From IMG/VR virus record IMGVR_UViG_3300044513_003272, positions 1-28,967 of that record: a DNA stretch of 28,967 nucleotides; one strand, given 5' to 3'. The notes beneath the pieces are model-generated. The model saw only the letters and a program-made list of their open reading frames with translations. It ran no database searches and was not told the DNA's origin. This document shows, one piece after another, positions 18,695 to 28,072 of this stretch. A program made the translations under genes and the position numbers. Position 1 is the stretch's first letter. Each line of letters opens with the position of its first letter. Source of the stretch: a virus (lineage: Duplodnaviria; Caudoviricetes).

Positions 18695-19363
18695 ATGAAG
18701 CTCATTAAAAAATATCCATACAAACATTATAATAGATTTTCAGATACCACAGGACGTAAATACTTAGTTGATAACATAAAAGTACCAAGTGTTACGACTA
18801 TTTTAAGTGCTACTAAAGATAAAAGATTCTTGGATAATTGGAGAAGAAGAGTAGGAGAAACTGAGGCAGATAGAATTATGCATCAAGCATCAACTATTGG
18901 AACAGAGATGCACCAGGTATTAGAATATGCATTAAATGGACAAGGTTATTATAATGCAAGTGAAGAAGGTGCTAAGCCTAGAATGATGGCAAAGACCATA
19001 CTTAAAAATATAGATATATCTGAAGTGTGGGGCAATGAGATTAGTTTAGAATATCAAAATAAATTTGCAGGAACATGTGATTTAACTGCCGTGGCATACG
19101 GAAAGCCTAGTATTGTGGACTGGAAACAGTCTAATAAACCAAAGAAAGAAGAATGGGTAGAAGACTACAAATATCAGTTGGGTGCCTATTATTTAGCCCA
19201 TACAGCCAATTACGGCCCCATAGAGCAGGGTGTAATAGCAATCTGTACCCGAGACCTACAATATCAAGAATTTAAGCTCTCAGAGCCTGATTTGAAGGAA
19301 TATGGGGATAAATTTTTAGAAAGAGTAGAACAGTTCAATAAGTTAAATAAGCCAGCTCTTTAG
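18695..19363 (+). CDS. PD-(D/E)XK exonuclease (MGME1-like)
   Basis: PSVTTIL, GTEMH, E.SL, AGTCD, IVDWKQS and QLGAY motifs. Confidence 0.85.
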   Translation: MKLIKKYPYKHYNRFSDTTGRKYLVDNIKVPSVTTILSATKDKRFLDNWRRRVGETEADRIMHQASTIGTEMHQVLEYALNGQGYYNASEEGAKPRMMAKTILKNIDISEVWGNEISLEYQNKFAGTCDLTAVAYGKPSIVDWKQSNKPKKEEWVEDYKYQLGAYYLAHTANYGPIEQGVIAICTRDLQYQEFKLSEPDLKEYGDKFLERVEQFNKLNKPAL

Positions 19364-20770
19364 TTCTTCTTCACCCAAAGTCTTAGCAGCAACCCTACCT
19401 TTTTTAGTAAGAGACTTCATTATAGCCTCATCAAGTGTACCTTTAGCTACAATATCAACATAGACAACAGTACCTTTTTGACCCATCCTATGAGCTCTAT
19501 CTTCTGATTGCATTCTAACTTCTAGATTATAATTATTAGAATAATAGATTACTGTGTTACAAGCAGTAAGAGTAAGACCAAAACCGCCAGTAGTTGGATT
19601 ACCCACAAGGAACCGTACCTTAGGGTCCTTTTGAATTTTCTCGACAGCTTCTTTTCTAGTCTCAACATCTATAGCTCCGTAAATACTTACTACTGATTCT
19701 TTACCATACTTCTTTTCTAAGAAGGTTATAATCTCTTGTATATTATAAATATAGTTAGCCCAAATAATTACTTTACCGTCTGTTTCCTCGAGAATCTCTT
19801 CAAGAGCTTTTAATTTTTGATTATGTAGCTGCATGATTTCACCATCATCATTTTTGGTAAAACCATTACAAACTTGATGAAGTTTGATTATCTCAGTTAA
19901 TTTGTTTGAAAAAGATATGGTGCTGTCCTGGACAATAGCTAAAGCATTTGTTCTTAACTTTTCATATATTTTTTTAGCATCACCCTCTAATTCTATATTT
20001 CTTTTTTGTCTAACCTTAGGCTCAAGATCTAAACACTCATCTTTACGAACACGACTAGAAAATCTTTTAAGTTTATTTTCTAGCTCTTCTAAATTTTTAT
20101 AAAATTTTGGTATGGATATCCAACGATTCGATCCAACAGGAATATCACCCATTTCTGCGTATCTATTTCTAAAAGTTAAATAGCTGTCAAACCCTAAAAG
20201 TTCTGGATTTAAGAATGCACATTGTGTATATAGATCCAATGGAGATTTTGTTATTGGCGATCCTGTTAGGATACGCCTTATGGAGGATAGCGATCGTAGT
20301 TTTAATATGTTTTTTGTTCGTATTGCTGTTCGGTTTTTTATTGTTGTGGATTCATCCAATACTACCATATTTAATTTATTAGTTTTTAAATAATCAACAC
20401 AAGCATTCAAACCTCTTTTAGTTGAAAGAGCTTCAACATTAATTAAAAATATTTTTAAATTATTTGACTTTTCAAATTTAAAATAATCTTTTGGCTTATC
20501 TAAGTTCCATCTGAAGACATCATATTTTAAAACGTCTGGTGAATGAGTTTCTATTTCGGATTGCCAGTTAGTATAAACTGATTTAGGGGCTATGATTAAT
20601 GACGCAGTTATTTTTCTTTGAAAATATAACCAAGCCATATTATCGATTGTAACTTTTGTTTTACCTGTACCCATCTCCATAAAGTAAGCATATTCAGTTT
20701 TATCTGCTGAATTTTTTAATGCCACTCTTTGGTGTTCGTACGGCTCTGTCTTATACGGGTATTTCCACAT
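19343..20770 (-). CDS. SNF2-family (SF2) helicase/ATPase
   Basis: MEMGTGKT (I), DEST (II), LTGSP (III), GGFGLTL (V), QSEDRAHRMGQ (VI). The likely start is ATG at 20770 (MWKYPYKT), not TTG 20800. Confidence 0.9.
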   Translation of the reverse strand: MWKYPYKTEPYEHQRVALKNSADKTEYAYFMEMGTGKTKVTIDNMAWLYFQRKITASLIIAPKSVYTNWQSEIETHSPDVLKYDVFRWNLDKPKDYFKFEKSNNLKIFLINVEALSTKRGLNACVDYLKTNKLNMVVLDESTTIKNRTAIRTKNILKLRSLSSIRRILTGSPITKSPLDLYTQCAFLNPELLGFDSYLTFRNRYAEMGDIPVGSNRWISIPKFYKNLEELENKLKRFSSRVRKDECLDLEPKVRQKRNIELEGDAKKIYEKLRTNALAIVQDSTISFSNKLTEIIKLHQVCNGFTKNDDGEIMQLHNQKLKALEEILEETDGKVIIWANYIYNIQEIITFLEKKYGKESVVSIYGAIDVETRKEAVEKIQKDPKVRFLVGNPTTGGFGLTLTACNTVIYYSNNYNLEVRMQSEDRAHRMGQKGTVVYVDIVAKGTLDEAIMKSLTKKGRVAAKTLGEEELKSWLI

Positions 20771-20839
20771 CTGAAAACTTTTTATATTTTTTTGTTGCAA
20801 GCGTCAAATAAATATTTATAAGGCGATTAAGGAGGAAAA
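20771..20839. promoter_or_regulatory. Divergent promoter region
   Basis: Minus strand: TTGACG (20807-20802)-N17-TAAAAA. Plus strand: TTGCAA (20795-20800)-N16-TATAAG, then AAGGAGG SD at 20829-20835. Confidence 0.5.
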
Positions 20840-21385
20840 ATGGATATAGAACAATTGTCAAAAATTGACATTAGCACAGATAGTGTCAATTCGATAACTC
20901 AAAAATGTAACGAACTTCAAAAGCTGCAAGCAGAAGCTGAACAGCTTGAAGAAAAACTTTCTTCTTTAAAATCTAAAGCTAGAGATTATGAAGAGAGAAT
21001 AATACCTGAAATGATGCAAGAGGCAGGTGTGTCTAAGCTTGAATTAAAAGATGGTACTAAGGTTGAAGTAAAACCTTTTTACGCAGCTAAGATACCTGAG
21101 TCTAGAGTTGAGGAGGCTTTCAGTTGGTTGAGAACTAATGGTCATGAAGACTTAATAAAAAATACTATTACAACTCAATTTGATAAAGGCCAAGACAATC
21201 AAGTATCAGAGCTCATAAATGTTTGTGAGAAATTTGGATTTAACTACAACCAAAAACAAAAAGTTGAACCAATGACTCTAAAAGCATTCGTAAGGGATCA
21301 AGTCGAAAATGGAAAAGAACTACCATTCGACATGTTTGGAGTGTATATTGCTAACAAGACTAAGATAACAAATAAGGAGAAATAA
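20840..21385 (+). CDS. Hypothetical protein of the replication module
   Basis: Strong SD. N-terminal coiled coil followed by AFSWLR.NG...IK and VEPMTLKAFV motifs. Confidence 0.75.
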   Translation: MDIEQLSKIDISTDSVNSITQKCNELQKLQAEAEQLEEKLSSLKSKARDYEERIIPEMMQEAGVSKLELKDGTKVEVKPFYAAKIPESRVEEAFSWLRTNGHEDLIKNTITTQFDKGQDNQVSELINVCEKFGFNYNQKQKVEPMTLKAFVRDQVENGKELPFDMFGVYIANKTKITNKEK

Positions 21386-21388
21386 CAA

Positions 21389-22189
21389 ATGATAGTAAAA
21401 GACGAACAACGAAAGACTAAAGACGTAGAAGTGATGGCTAAAAAAGGAGGAGCATTAGCAACAGTTGATTTAGAAAGCTTTGCTGATGAAGGGTTTGAAA
21501 ATGTAGACTCGAAGAGTGTTGCATTACCATTCCTAAAAGTCCTTGGACAGTTATCACCACAAGTAACACAAGGTGATAGTCAATTCATGGAAGAAGCTAG
21601 ACCTGGAATGATTTTTAATACTGTTACAAACCAACTATATAATGGTGCAGCAGGTATTACAGTTATTCCATGTTATTATAAGCTTGAGTACATTGAATGG
21701 AGAGATAGAGATAAGGGAGCAGTAGCGCCTGTAAATGTCTATCCTGCGACTTCAGACATAATGTCAAAAACAACTAGAGGCGATGATGGTAAAGACAGAC
21801 TCGACAATGGTAATTATATTGAAGAGACTGCTTCTCATTACGTTTTAGTTTGTGAAGAAGGTGCACAATCAACAGCACTTGTGACTATGAAATCCACTCA
21901 AAGAAAAAAATCTAAGAAGTGGAATTCTATGATGATGTCTTTAAGACAAAAGAAAAAAGATGGTTCTGGTTTCTTTAAACCTGCACCATTTACGCAACAA
22001 TACAGGATGAAAACTGTATTAGAAAAGAATCAGTTAGGTTCTTGGTATGGTTGGGAGATTGAACACATTGGCCCTGTGGCTGATGCCTCGATCTTAAATG
22101 CTGCACACGGCTTTTATGAAACTTGTAAAAAAGGATCAGTAAAAGTTAGTCATGGAAACGAAGAGAGCGCAGAAAAAACTCCATTCTAA
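21389..22189 (+). CDS. Putative single-stranded DNA-binding protein
   Basis: AAGGAG SD. P.LK.L..LSPQV and EW motifs, an acidic tail ending in PF (NEESAEKTPF) as in SSBs, and position before the primase. Confidence 0.6.
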   Translation: MIVKDEQRKTKDVEVMAKKGGALATVDLESFADEGFENVDSKSVALPFLKVLGQLSPQVTQGDSQFMEEARPGMIFNTVTNQLYNGAAGITVIPCYYKLEYIEWRDRDKGAVAPVNVYPATSDIMSKTTRGDDGKDRLDNGNYIEETASHYVLVCEEGAQSTALVTMKSTQRKKSKKWNSMMMSLRQKKKDGSGFFKPAPFTQQYRMKTVLEKNQLGSWYGWEIEHIGPVADASILNAAHGFYETCKKGSVKVSHGNEESAEKTPF

Positions 22190-22192
22190 TCT

Positions 22193-23767
22193 ATGGACAT
22201 ACTTGACAAAACCTTGGAAGAGTTTGTAGAACTCTTCCAGGGCTCTTCTACATATTTTGGTGCTAGTGTTCCATTAGGTCAAAAACGCGACCGTGATGGA
22301 AAACAAGAATTCAGACATTGGGTTGAACCTAATCCAATGACCAAGGAACATTGGTTACAACATTTAAAAGGAGAAGCTTACTATGGATCAGTTCCCATTA
22401 GAGATGATAATACATGCTCTTGGGGGGTCATCGATGTTGATCGTTATAATATACAGCATAAGGAAGTTATATCGATTATACGGAAAAGGAAATACCCATT
22501 AGTACCATTTAGATCAAAATCTAATGGTATGCATTTAATATTATTCATTGATGGTGTTGTTGCAGCATCAGAAATGAGAAAAAAATTAATTGAGATTGCA
22601 TCTGACTTAGGTGTTAACGACACCACCACAGACATATATCCTGCACAAGATGAAGTAGATTTAACTCCTGAAGATTGGAATAAAAAAAGAAAAGGTAACT
22701 TTGTAAACCTACCTTATCAAAAAGCTCACATGACTACCAGAGTTGCAATGGACAACGAGGGTAACTCAGTAAAATTAGAAAACTTATTTAAGTTTGTATC
22801 CGAATATAGAATCAATCCAAAAGAATTTAAAAAATTAAAAGTGTTTCAAGATGATGAAACAAAAGATTACCCACCCTGTGTAATTAATTTTATGAAAAAT
22901 AAAGTTAAAAAAGGTGAAGGTAGAAATGATGCAATGTTTAATGTTGCAGTGTTAGCTAAAAAAATAAATCCAGATCCAGTTATGTATCAAGATTGGACTA
23001 GAAAAATGATGAATAAAGTTTGTACTGAAGAGTTACATCCTAAAGAATTAGAAAATATATTTAAAGGTGTTGAGAATAAAGAATATGCATATAAGTGTAA
23101 AACATCAATCGCAAGAATGCATTGTTCGTCAAGCACTTGTTTAAGACGTAAACATGGTATTGGTAACAACGAAGCTTTGCCTGAAGTCGGTAAATTATTA
23201 AAAGTAAATTCATACCCAGAGCCTTATTGGATACTCCCTATCCAAGGTAAATCAATTCGATTATCAACTAAACAACTCTATCAGCAGCAACTACTTGGAG
23301 AACAATTATTAAATTATGATATTGTATGGAGAACACTTAAACCAAGTAAAAGGGATCCAGATCCATACAGAGATTGGTTAGAAGAATTGATTGCAAACAA
23401 ACAAGACATGGAAGGATTTGATGCACATGAGGAACAATCTGATGTATTTAATTCTAGAATGTCTAGATTCTTAGAAGATGTTGAGGATACTACTGAGTTT
23501 GATCAAATAGATAATGGTAATATTTGGAAAGATGATGTTGAAATGAGATTCAAATTAGAAACCTTTAAAAACTTTATGAAAAAAATGGGTTACAATTGGA
23601 ATGAAAAAGAGTGTACTAAATTTTTAGAATCTGGTGGAGCTAAACCTAAAAAGAAATTTCAAAGTATTGATAGCAGACACTGGCTTGTAGAACTACCTAA
23701 ACAAACCGAACATAAAAATAAAGATGTCAAATTCGTTAAAGCAAAAGCTGCATGGGAAGACAATTAA
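22193..23767 (+). CDS. Archaeo-eukaryotic primase (prim-pol) with PriCT-like domain
   Basis: AEP motif I IDVD, motif II RSKSNGMH, NLPY, then PPC...GEGRNDAMF (PriCT-like) and a Cys cluster (YKC...HC...C). Confidence 0.8.
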   Translation: MDILDKTLEEFVELFQGSSTYFGASVPLGQKRDRDGKQEFRHWVEPNPMTKEHWLQHLKGEAYYGSVPIRDDNTCSWGVIDVDRYNIQHKEVISIIRKRKYPLVPFRSKSNGMHLILFIDGVVAASEMRKKLIEIASDLGVNDTTTDIYPAQDEVDLTPEDWNKKRKGNFVNLPYQKAHMTTRVAMDNEGNSVKLENLFKFVSEYRINPKEFKKLKVFQDDETKDYPPCVINFMKNKVKKGEGRNDAMFNVAVLAKKINPDPVMYQDWTRKMMNKVCTEELHPKELENIFKGVENKEYAYKCKTSIARMHCSSSTCLRRKHGIGNNEALPEVGKLLKVNSYPEPYWILPIQGKSIRLSTKQLYQQQLLGEQLLNYDIVWRTLKPSKRDPDPYRDWLEELIANKQDMEGFDAHEEQSDVFNSRMSRFLEDVEDTTEFDQIDNGNIWKDDVEMRFKLETFKNFMKKMGYNWNEKECTKFLESGGAKPKKKFQSIDSRHWLVELPKQTEHKNKDVKFVKAKAAWEDN

Positions 23768-25337
23768 GATCTTTGGACCACCAGGCACAGGAAAAACAGA
23801 AAATTTACTTAAGCGTGTGCAGCGCTATCTTAAACAAGGATATTCTCCCGATGAGATCTGTTATATATCGTTTACCAACAAAGCAGTTGATGAATGTGTT
23901 GCGAGGGTTAGGAAAAGATTCAAAGAATATGACGAAGACGATTTTAAATATTTTAGAACCTTACATTCTTTGGCACGACAACAGTTTGCTGAGATTCCCG
24001 TTCTAGATCCCAAGGTCGATATGCTGATGTTTCATACACAGTATGGAACGATCAAAGTTAATTTCAAAGAAGGCCATGACGAACAAAAAGTTTATAACAA
24101 TTGGTCTCTACAAATATATGATAGAGCTAGAAACATGAAAGTTGATCCTGTGTGGTTATATAAACAGCAGCCAAGAAAAGCGGTGAGGTTGCAGCAATTC
24201 AAATCTATTATTGCAGGTTACGAAGAATTTAAAACAATGGAACTGGAGAACGGACACCGGACAGCGGACAGATTAGATTTTACAGACATGGTACAAAAGT
24301 TTATTGATGATGGAGTATCGATACCTTTTAAAGTATTAATGGTTGATGAAGCTCAAGATTTAACACCACTACAATGGGACTTGGTTGTGAAGTTAGCTCA
24401 AGCAGTTGAACGAGTATATATTGCAGGAGATGATGACCAGGCGATCTATGAATGGAATGGAGCAGAGGTAGAACACTTTCAAACGTTCCCAGGAAGAAAA
24501 TTAATTTTAAAAAAATCTGTAAGGTTAAATAAAAATATACATTTCTTTTCCAAATGTATTTTAAATTCTATGGGAGACAATCGAGTAGAAAAAGAATTTT
24601 ATTCTAATGGTAAAGATGGGGCCATTTACAGATGGAATGGCTTAAAGAAAGTGCCTTGGGATATGGATGGATCTTGGATGGTATTGGCTAGAATTAATGA
24701 TGTTAAGAGAGAGCTGCAGCAAGAGGCACGTAATTTATCATTGTATTATCAAGATGTTAAGGGAAATAAGTCTTTTGATCCGAATCAGTTTGCGGCTATT
24801 CAACATTGGAATAAAATATGTGAGGGTGGAAGTATTACTAGAGACGAAGCTACAGTTATGTATGAATATTTATTAAACATAGACCACGGCTACCGGTCAG
24901 CGGAAAGTAAAAAATGGAGCTTTGCTCACCCGAATCAAGTATTTAATTTTGATGAATTACATCTTAGATGTGGTATGAGAGATGAACGAGGTGAATGGGA
25001 AGATGTATTTAAAAGAAAGTTTAAAGAAAAAGATAAACAATATTTTAAAAAACTTATGAAAGAAGGTGTAGACTTATCACAACCACCAAAAATAATTATA
25101 GATACAATACACCAAGTCAAAGGTGGAGAGGCAGATAATGTTGTGCTTGCGAGCAAATGTAATTTTCCATCACATTACGACAAAAAGAATTTGCAGGATA
25201 AGGTAAAAGAACTGAGGGTTTGGTATACAGGTGCAACTAGATCCAAAGGAACGCTGCATTTATTAGGCACCAATCATCAATACAATTTTCCATTAGGAAA
25301 ATATTACAAACTATATGAGGCTAACTATGTCAGATAA
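23724..25337 (+). CDS. SF1 UvrD/Rep-like DNA helicase
   Basis: GPPGTGKT, SFTNKA, RTLHS, DEAQD, GDDDQAIY, TIHQVKGGEAD and YTGATRSK. Confidence 0.92.
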   Translation: MSNSLKQKLHGKTIKIFGPPGTGKTENLLKRVQRYLKQGYSPDEICYISFTNKAVDECVARVRKRFKEYDEDDFKYFRTLHSLARQQFAEIPVLDPKVDMLMFHTQYGTIKVNFKEGHDEQKVYNNWSLQIYDRARNMKVDPVWLYKQQPRKAVRLQQFKSIIAGYEEFKTMELENGHRTADRLDFTDMVQKFIDDGVSIPFKVLMVDEAQDLTPLQWDLVVKLAQAVERVYIAGDDDQAIYEWNGAEVEHFQTFPGRKLILKKSVRLNKNIHFFSKCILNSMGDNRVEKEFYSNGKDGAIYRWNGLKKVPWDMDGSWMVLARINDVKRELQQEARNLSLYYQDVKGNKSFDPNQFAAIQHWNKICEGGSITRDEATVMYEYLLNIDHGYRSAESKKWSFAHPNQVFNFDELHLRCGMRDERGEWEDVFKRKFKEKDKQYFKKLMKEGVDLSQPPKIIIDTIHQVKGGEADNVVLASKCNFPSHYDKKNLQDKVKELRVWYTGATRSKGTLHLLGTNHQYNFPLGKYYKLYEANYVR

Positions 25338-25608
25338 AGATATGTTTGATGAAGTGTTCCCACAGAATAAACAGATTGGCGGGAATCATTACAAACAGTT
25401 TACGATTCAACCTTGGGAATTTATTAGAGTAAATAAATTAAATCCATTACAAGCAAATATAATTAAATATGTTTGTAGGTATTTGGATAAAGGTAAACCC
25501 TTTGAAGATTTAGAAAAAATAAAACACTATTGTGATTTAGAAATAAAACATTTAAGAGATACAGATGCCAAAATCGAGAACGATAAAAAAAGAAATAAAA
25601 GTAGATAA
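25327..25608 (+). CDS. DUF3310 family protein (T7 gp1.7/SaV-like)
   Basis: QIGGNHY...IQPWEFI...NIIKYVCRY..KG..EDLEK..HY. Start at ATG 25327 after GAGG. Confidence 0.8.
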   Translation: MSDKDMFDEVFPQNKQIGGNHYKQFTIQPWEFIRVNKLNPLQANIIKYVCRYLDKGKPFEDLEKIKHYCDLEIKHLRDTDAKIENDKKRNKSR

Positions 25609-25777
25609 AGTTAAATTTACTTTAGAGATATATCCTGCAAGAGAAGGATGTTCAGGCACTGAGGGTCCTTTTTGGGAAATATTTCCTGAAAATTATCATG
25701 CTGCCTTATATGCATTTAGTAACAAACAAAAATTAAATGACTATATTGAAAAAAAATACATCACCGAAATGCTGTGA
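25565..25777 (+). CDS. Hypothetical protein (70 aa)
   Basis: ORF in operon orientation filling the gap after DUF3310. Confidence 0.6.
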   Translation: MPKSRTIKKEIKVDKVKFTLEIYPAREGCSGTEGPFWEIFPENYHAALYAFSNKQKLNDYIEKKYITEML

Positions 25778-25874
25778 GTGTGAAAAAGTTGCGGTTGTAA
25801 TTGATGAAAAAAAATACTATTGTGCGTTGCATTACTGTTATAAATATAAAATATCTACGTTGAAAAAACAATGA
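25737..25874 (+). CDS. Small zinc-finger-like protein (45 aa), missed by the ORF track
   Basis: MTILKKNTSPKCCECEKVAVVIDEKKYYCALHYCYKYKISTLKKQ*, with CxxC...CxxH and an ATGA overlap with the polymerase start. Confidence 0.55.
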   Translation: MTILKKNTSPKCCECEKVAVVIDEKKYYCALHYCYKYKISTLKKQ

Positions 25875-27745
25875 CACATCAACTTAATTTTATTTACAAC
25901 GACTCTGATTGGGTATGTCCTTCTGAATATCCTGATTTATCTCAAGCAAAAGAAATTGCAATTGACTTAGAGACTAAAGATCCAAACATGAAAACAAAAG
26001 GTACAGGTTGGGCTACCTTTGATGGTCACATCGTAGGATTTGCAGTAGCTGCATTTGATCAACAATGGTACTTTCCAATTGCTCATGATGCAGGTGGTAA
26101 TATGGATTTATCTGTAACAACTGCTTGGATACAAGATGTTTTAAATACTCCATCTACAAAAATATTTCATAATGCAAGTTATGATGTAGGTTGGTTATTG
26201 GCAAATGGTTTTAATATAAAAGGTAAAATTGTGGATACCATGATTGCTGCAGCTCTAATTAATGAAAACAGATTTAGTTTTAGTTTGAATGCCTGTGCTA
26301 AAGATTATTTAGGTGAATTAAAAAATGAAACATTCTTAAATGAAAAAGCAAAAGAGTGGGGTATAGATCCTAAAGCAGATTTATGGAAACTGCCTGCAGG
26401 TTATGTAGGCTTTTATGCTGAACAAGATGCAGCGCTTACATTAAAACTTTGGCAAAGATTTAAAACAGAAATAACTAAACAGAATTTACATGATGTTTGG
26501 GATATGGAGATGGAGCTCCTGCCTATATTAATTGATACGAGAAGAAGAGGAATAAGAGTTGATATTGAAAAAGCTCATCTATTAAAGAAAGAATTTAAAT
26601 CTAAAGAGAAAGAGGTCTTACATAAAATTAAAAAAGAAACGACTATTGATGTAGATATTTGGGCAGCAAGAAGTGTAGCTCAAGCTTTTGACAGAATAGG
26701 TATTGAATACCCACGGACACCGAAAAGCGAAGAGCCAAGCTTTACACAGAACTGGCTAGTAAACTGTGATAACCCGATAGCGCAACTAATAAGACAAGCA
26801 AGAGAAATAAATAAATTTCATTCAACATTCATAGACTCCATTTTAAGATATACCCACAAAGGTAGAATTCATTCTGAAATTAATCAATTGCGTTCTGACC
26901 AAGGTGGAACTGTATCAGGACGTTTATCATATTCGAACCCTAACCTTCAACAAATTCCTGCAAGAAATAAGGAGATGGGTGATAAAATTAGAAGCTTGTT
27001 CTTACCTGAAGAAGGTAAACAATGGGGTAGTTTTGACTACTCTCAACAGGAGCCTAGGCTTGTTGCACATTACTCTGCAGCCCTTAACGATAACTATGCA
27101 TTGGAAAGTGCTGCGGAGTTTGTAGAAGCTTATCAAAATGAGTCTGCTGACTTTCATCAGATCGTAGCTGATATGGCAGGTATATCTAGAACTCATGCCA
27201 AAACCATTAATTTAGGATTATTTTATGGTATGGGTAAATCTAAATTAGCTAGAGAATTAGGGATTAATAAGGATGATGCTGATAGACTGTTGCAAACTTA
27301 TAACAGTAGAGTACCCTTTGTGAAGAAATTAGCTACAGAAGTATCTAACTCTGCATCTAAATATGGCTTTATTCGAACAATAAAGGGTCGTAAATGCCGA
27401 TTTGACATGTGGGAGCCTGCAACCTTCGGAATGAACAAAGCGATGGACTACGAGGCTGCTAAGGCCCATTACGGCAATAATATACGTAGAGCCTTCACTT
27501 ATAAGGCTTTAAATAGACTAATTCAGGGATCTGCAGCTGATCAGACTAAGGAGGCTATGATACAATGCTTTAAAGCAGGTTATAAACCATTGCTGCAAAT
27601 TCATGATGAATTATGTTTTTCAATTAATAGTGAAGATGATATAAAAGGCGTTAAGGAGATAATGGAAAATGCAATCGAAAACCTCAAAGTACCTTTCAAA
27701 GTTGATATTGCCCTCGGAAGATCCTGGGGAGAAGCTAAGGAATAA
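25871..27745 (+). CDS. polA: Family A DNA polymerase with 3'-5' exonuclease (no 5'-3' exonuclease)
   Basis: ExoI DLET, ExoII HNASYD, ExoIII YAEQDA, SGRLS..NPNLQQIP, motif A DYSQQE, motif B RTHAKTINLGLFYG, motif C QIHDEL. Confidence 0.96.
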   Translation: MTHQLNFIYNDSDWVCPSEYPDLSQAKEIAIDLETKDPNMKTKGTGWATFDGHIVGFAVAAFDQQWYFPIAHDAGGNMDLSVTTAWIQDVLNTPSTKIFHNASYDVGWLLANGFNIKGKIVDTMIAAALINENRFSFSLNACAKDYLGELKNETFLNEKAKEWGIDPKADLWKLPAGYVGFYAEQDAALTLKLWQRFKTEITKQNLHDVWDMEMELLPILIDTRRRGIRVDIEKAHLLKKEFKSKEKEVLHKIKKETTIDVDIWAARSVAQAFDRIGIEYPRTPKSEEPSFTQNWLVNCDNPIAQLIRQAREINKFHSTFIDSILRYTHKGRIHSEINQLRSDQGGTVSGRLSYSNPNLQQIPARNKEMGDKIRSLFLPEEGKQWGSFDYSQQEPRLVAHYSAALNDNYALESAAEFVEAYQNESADFHQIVADMAGISRTHAKTINLGLFYGMGKSKLARELGINKDDADRLLQTYNSRVPFVKKLATEVSNSASKYGFIRTIKGRKCRFDMWEPATFGMNKAMDYEAAKAHYGNNIRRAFTYKALNRLIQGSAADQTKEAMIQCFKAGYKPLLQIHDELCFSINSEDDIKGVKEIMENAIENLKVPFKVDIALGRSWGEAKE

Positions 27746-27774
27746 TAACTGCGATCACTGTAACAATACTAGAG

Positions 27775-27912
27775 TTACTCTTCAATTGGAGGATCTTGAG
27801 ATTGTTTCGAAGAGTCCTTGTCCTCATTGTTCTCCGACTCCTGATCTTTTTCGTTCTTTTGGTCTTCTGTAGGATTTTTATATTTACTTGGATGTTTCCA
27901 CACAAACGTCAT
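27775..27912 (-). CDS. Possible small acidic protein (45 aa)
   Basis: MTFVWKHPSKYKNPTEDQKNEKDQESENNEDKDSSKQSQDPPIEE*. It continues the minus-strand cluster but competes with a plus-strand ORF. Confidence 0.4.
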   Translation of the reverse strand: MTFVWKHPSKYKNPTEDQKNEKDQESENNEDKDSSKQSQDPPIEE

Positions 27913-28072
27913 TGATAACCCTATTTTGTTTATCTCTTTTTCTTGAACTCCATCGCAAATCTAATTCAATTACTTGATCATTATTGCCATGACAAATTTT
28001 AATTAGATGACCTTGAGCTGTATCAGTAACCCAAAATTTTTTATAATTATTTATTACAATTGATTTAGCCAT
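27884..28072 (-). CDS. Hypothetical protein (62 aa)
   Basis: TAATG coupling with the upstream minus-strand ORF. Confidence 0.65.
   Translation of the reverse strand: MAKSIVINNYKKFWVTDTAQGHLIKICHGNNDQVIELDLRWSSRKRDKQNRVINDVCVETSK

Noticed and set aside
465-27196. Short antisense or alternate-frame ORFs in the track (e.g. 465-734, 2813-3156, 3638-3901, 4666-4944, 6918-7127, 14760-15158, 15743-16051, 19884-20102, 22444-23169, 23752-24006, 24667-25156, 26904-27196)
   Set aside because: They lie within well-supported genes, have no motifs and look like shadow frames.
27380-27500. Locally GC-richer patches (also near 17700, 18400 and 19200) as inserted elements or ncRNA
   Set aside because: Reading frames continue uninterrupted and no boundaries, repeats or convincing structures were visible by eye.
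25871-27745. Intein, intron or DnaJ-like insertion in the polymerase
   Set aside because: The protein is a compact 624 aa with normally spaced motifs and no CxxCxGxG repeats or intein termini.
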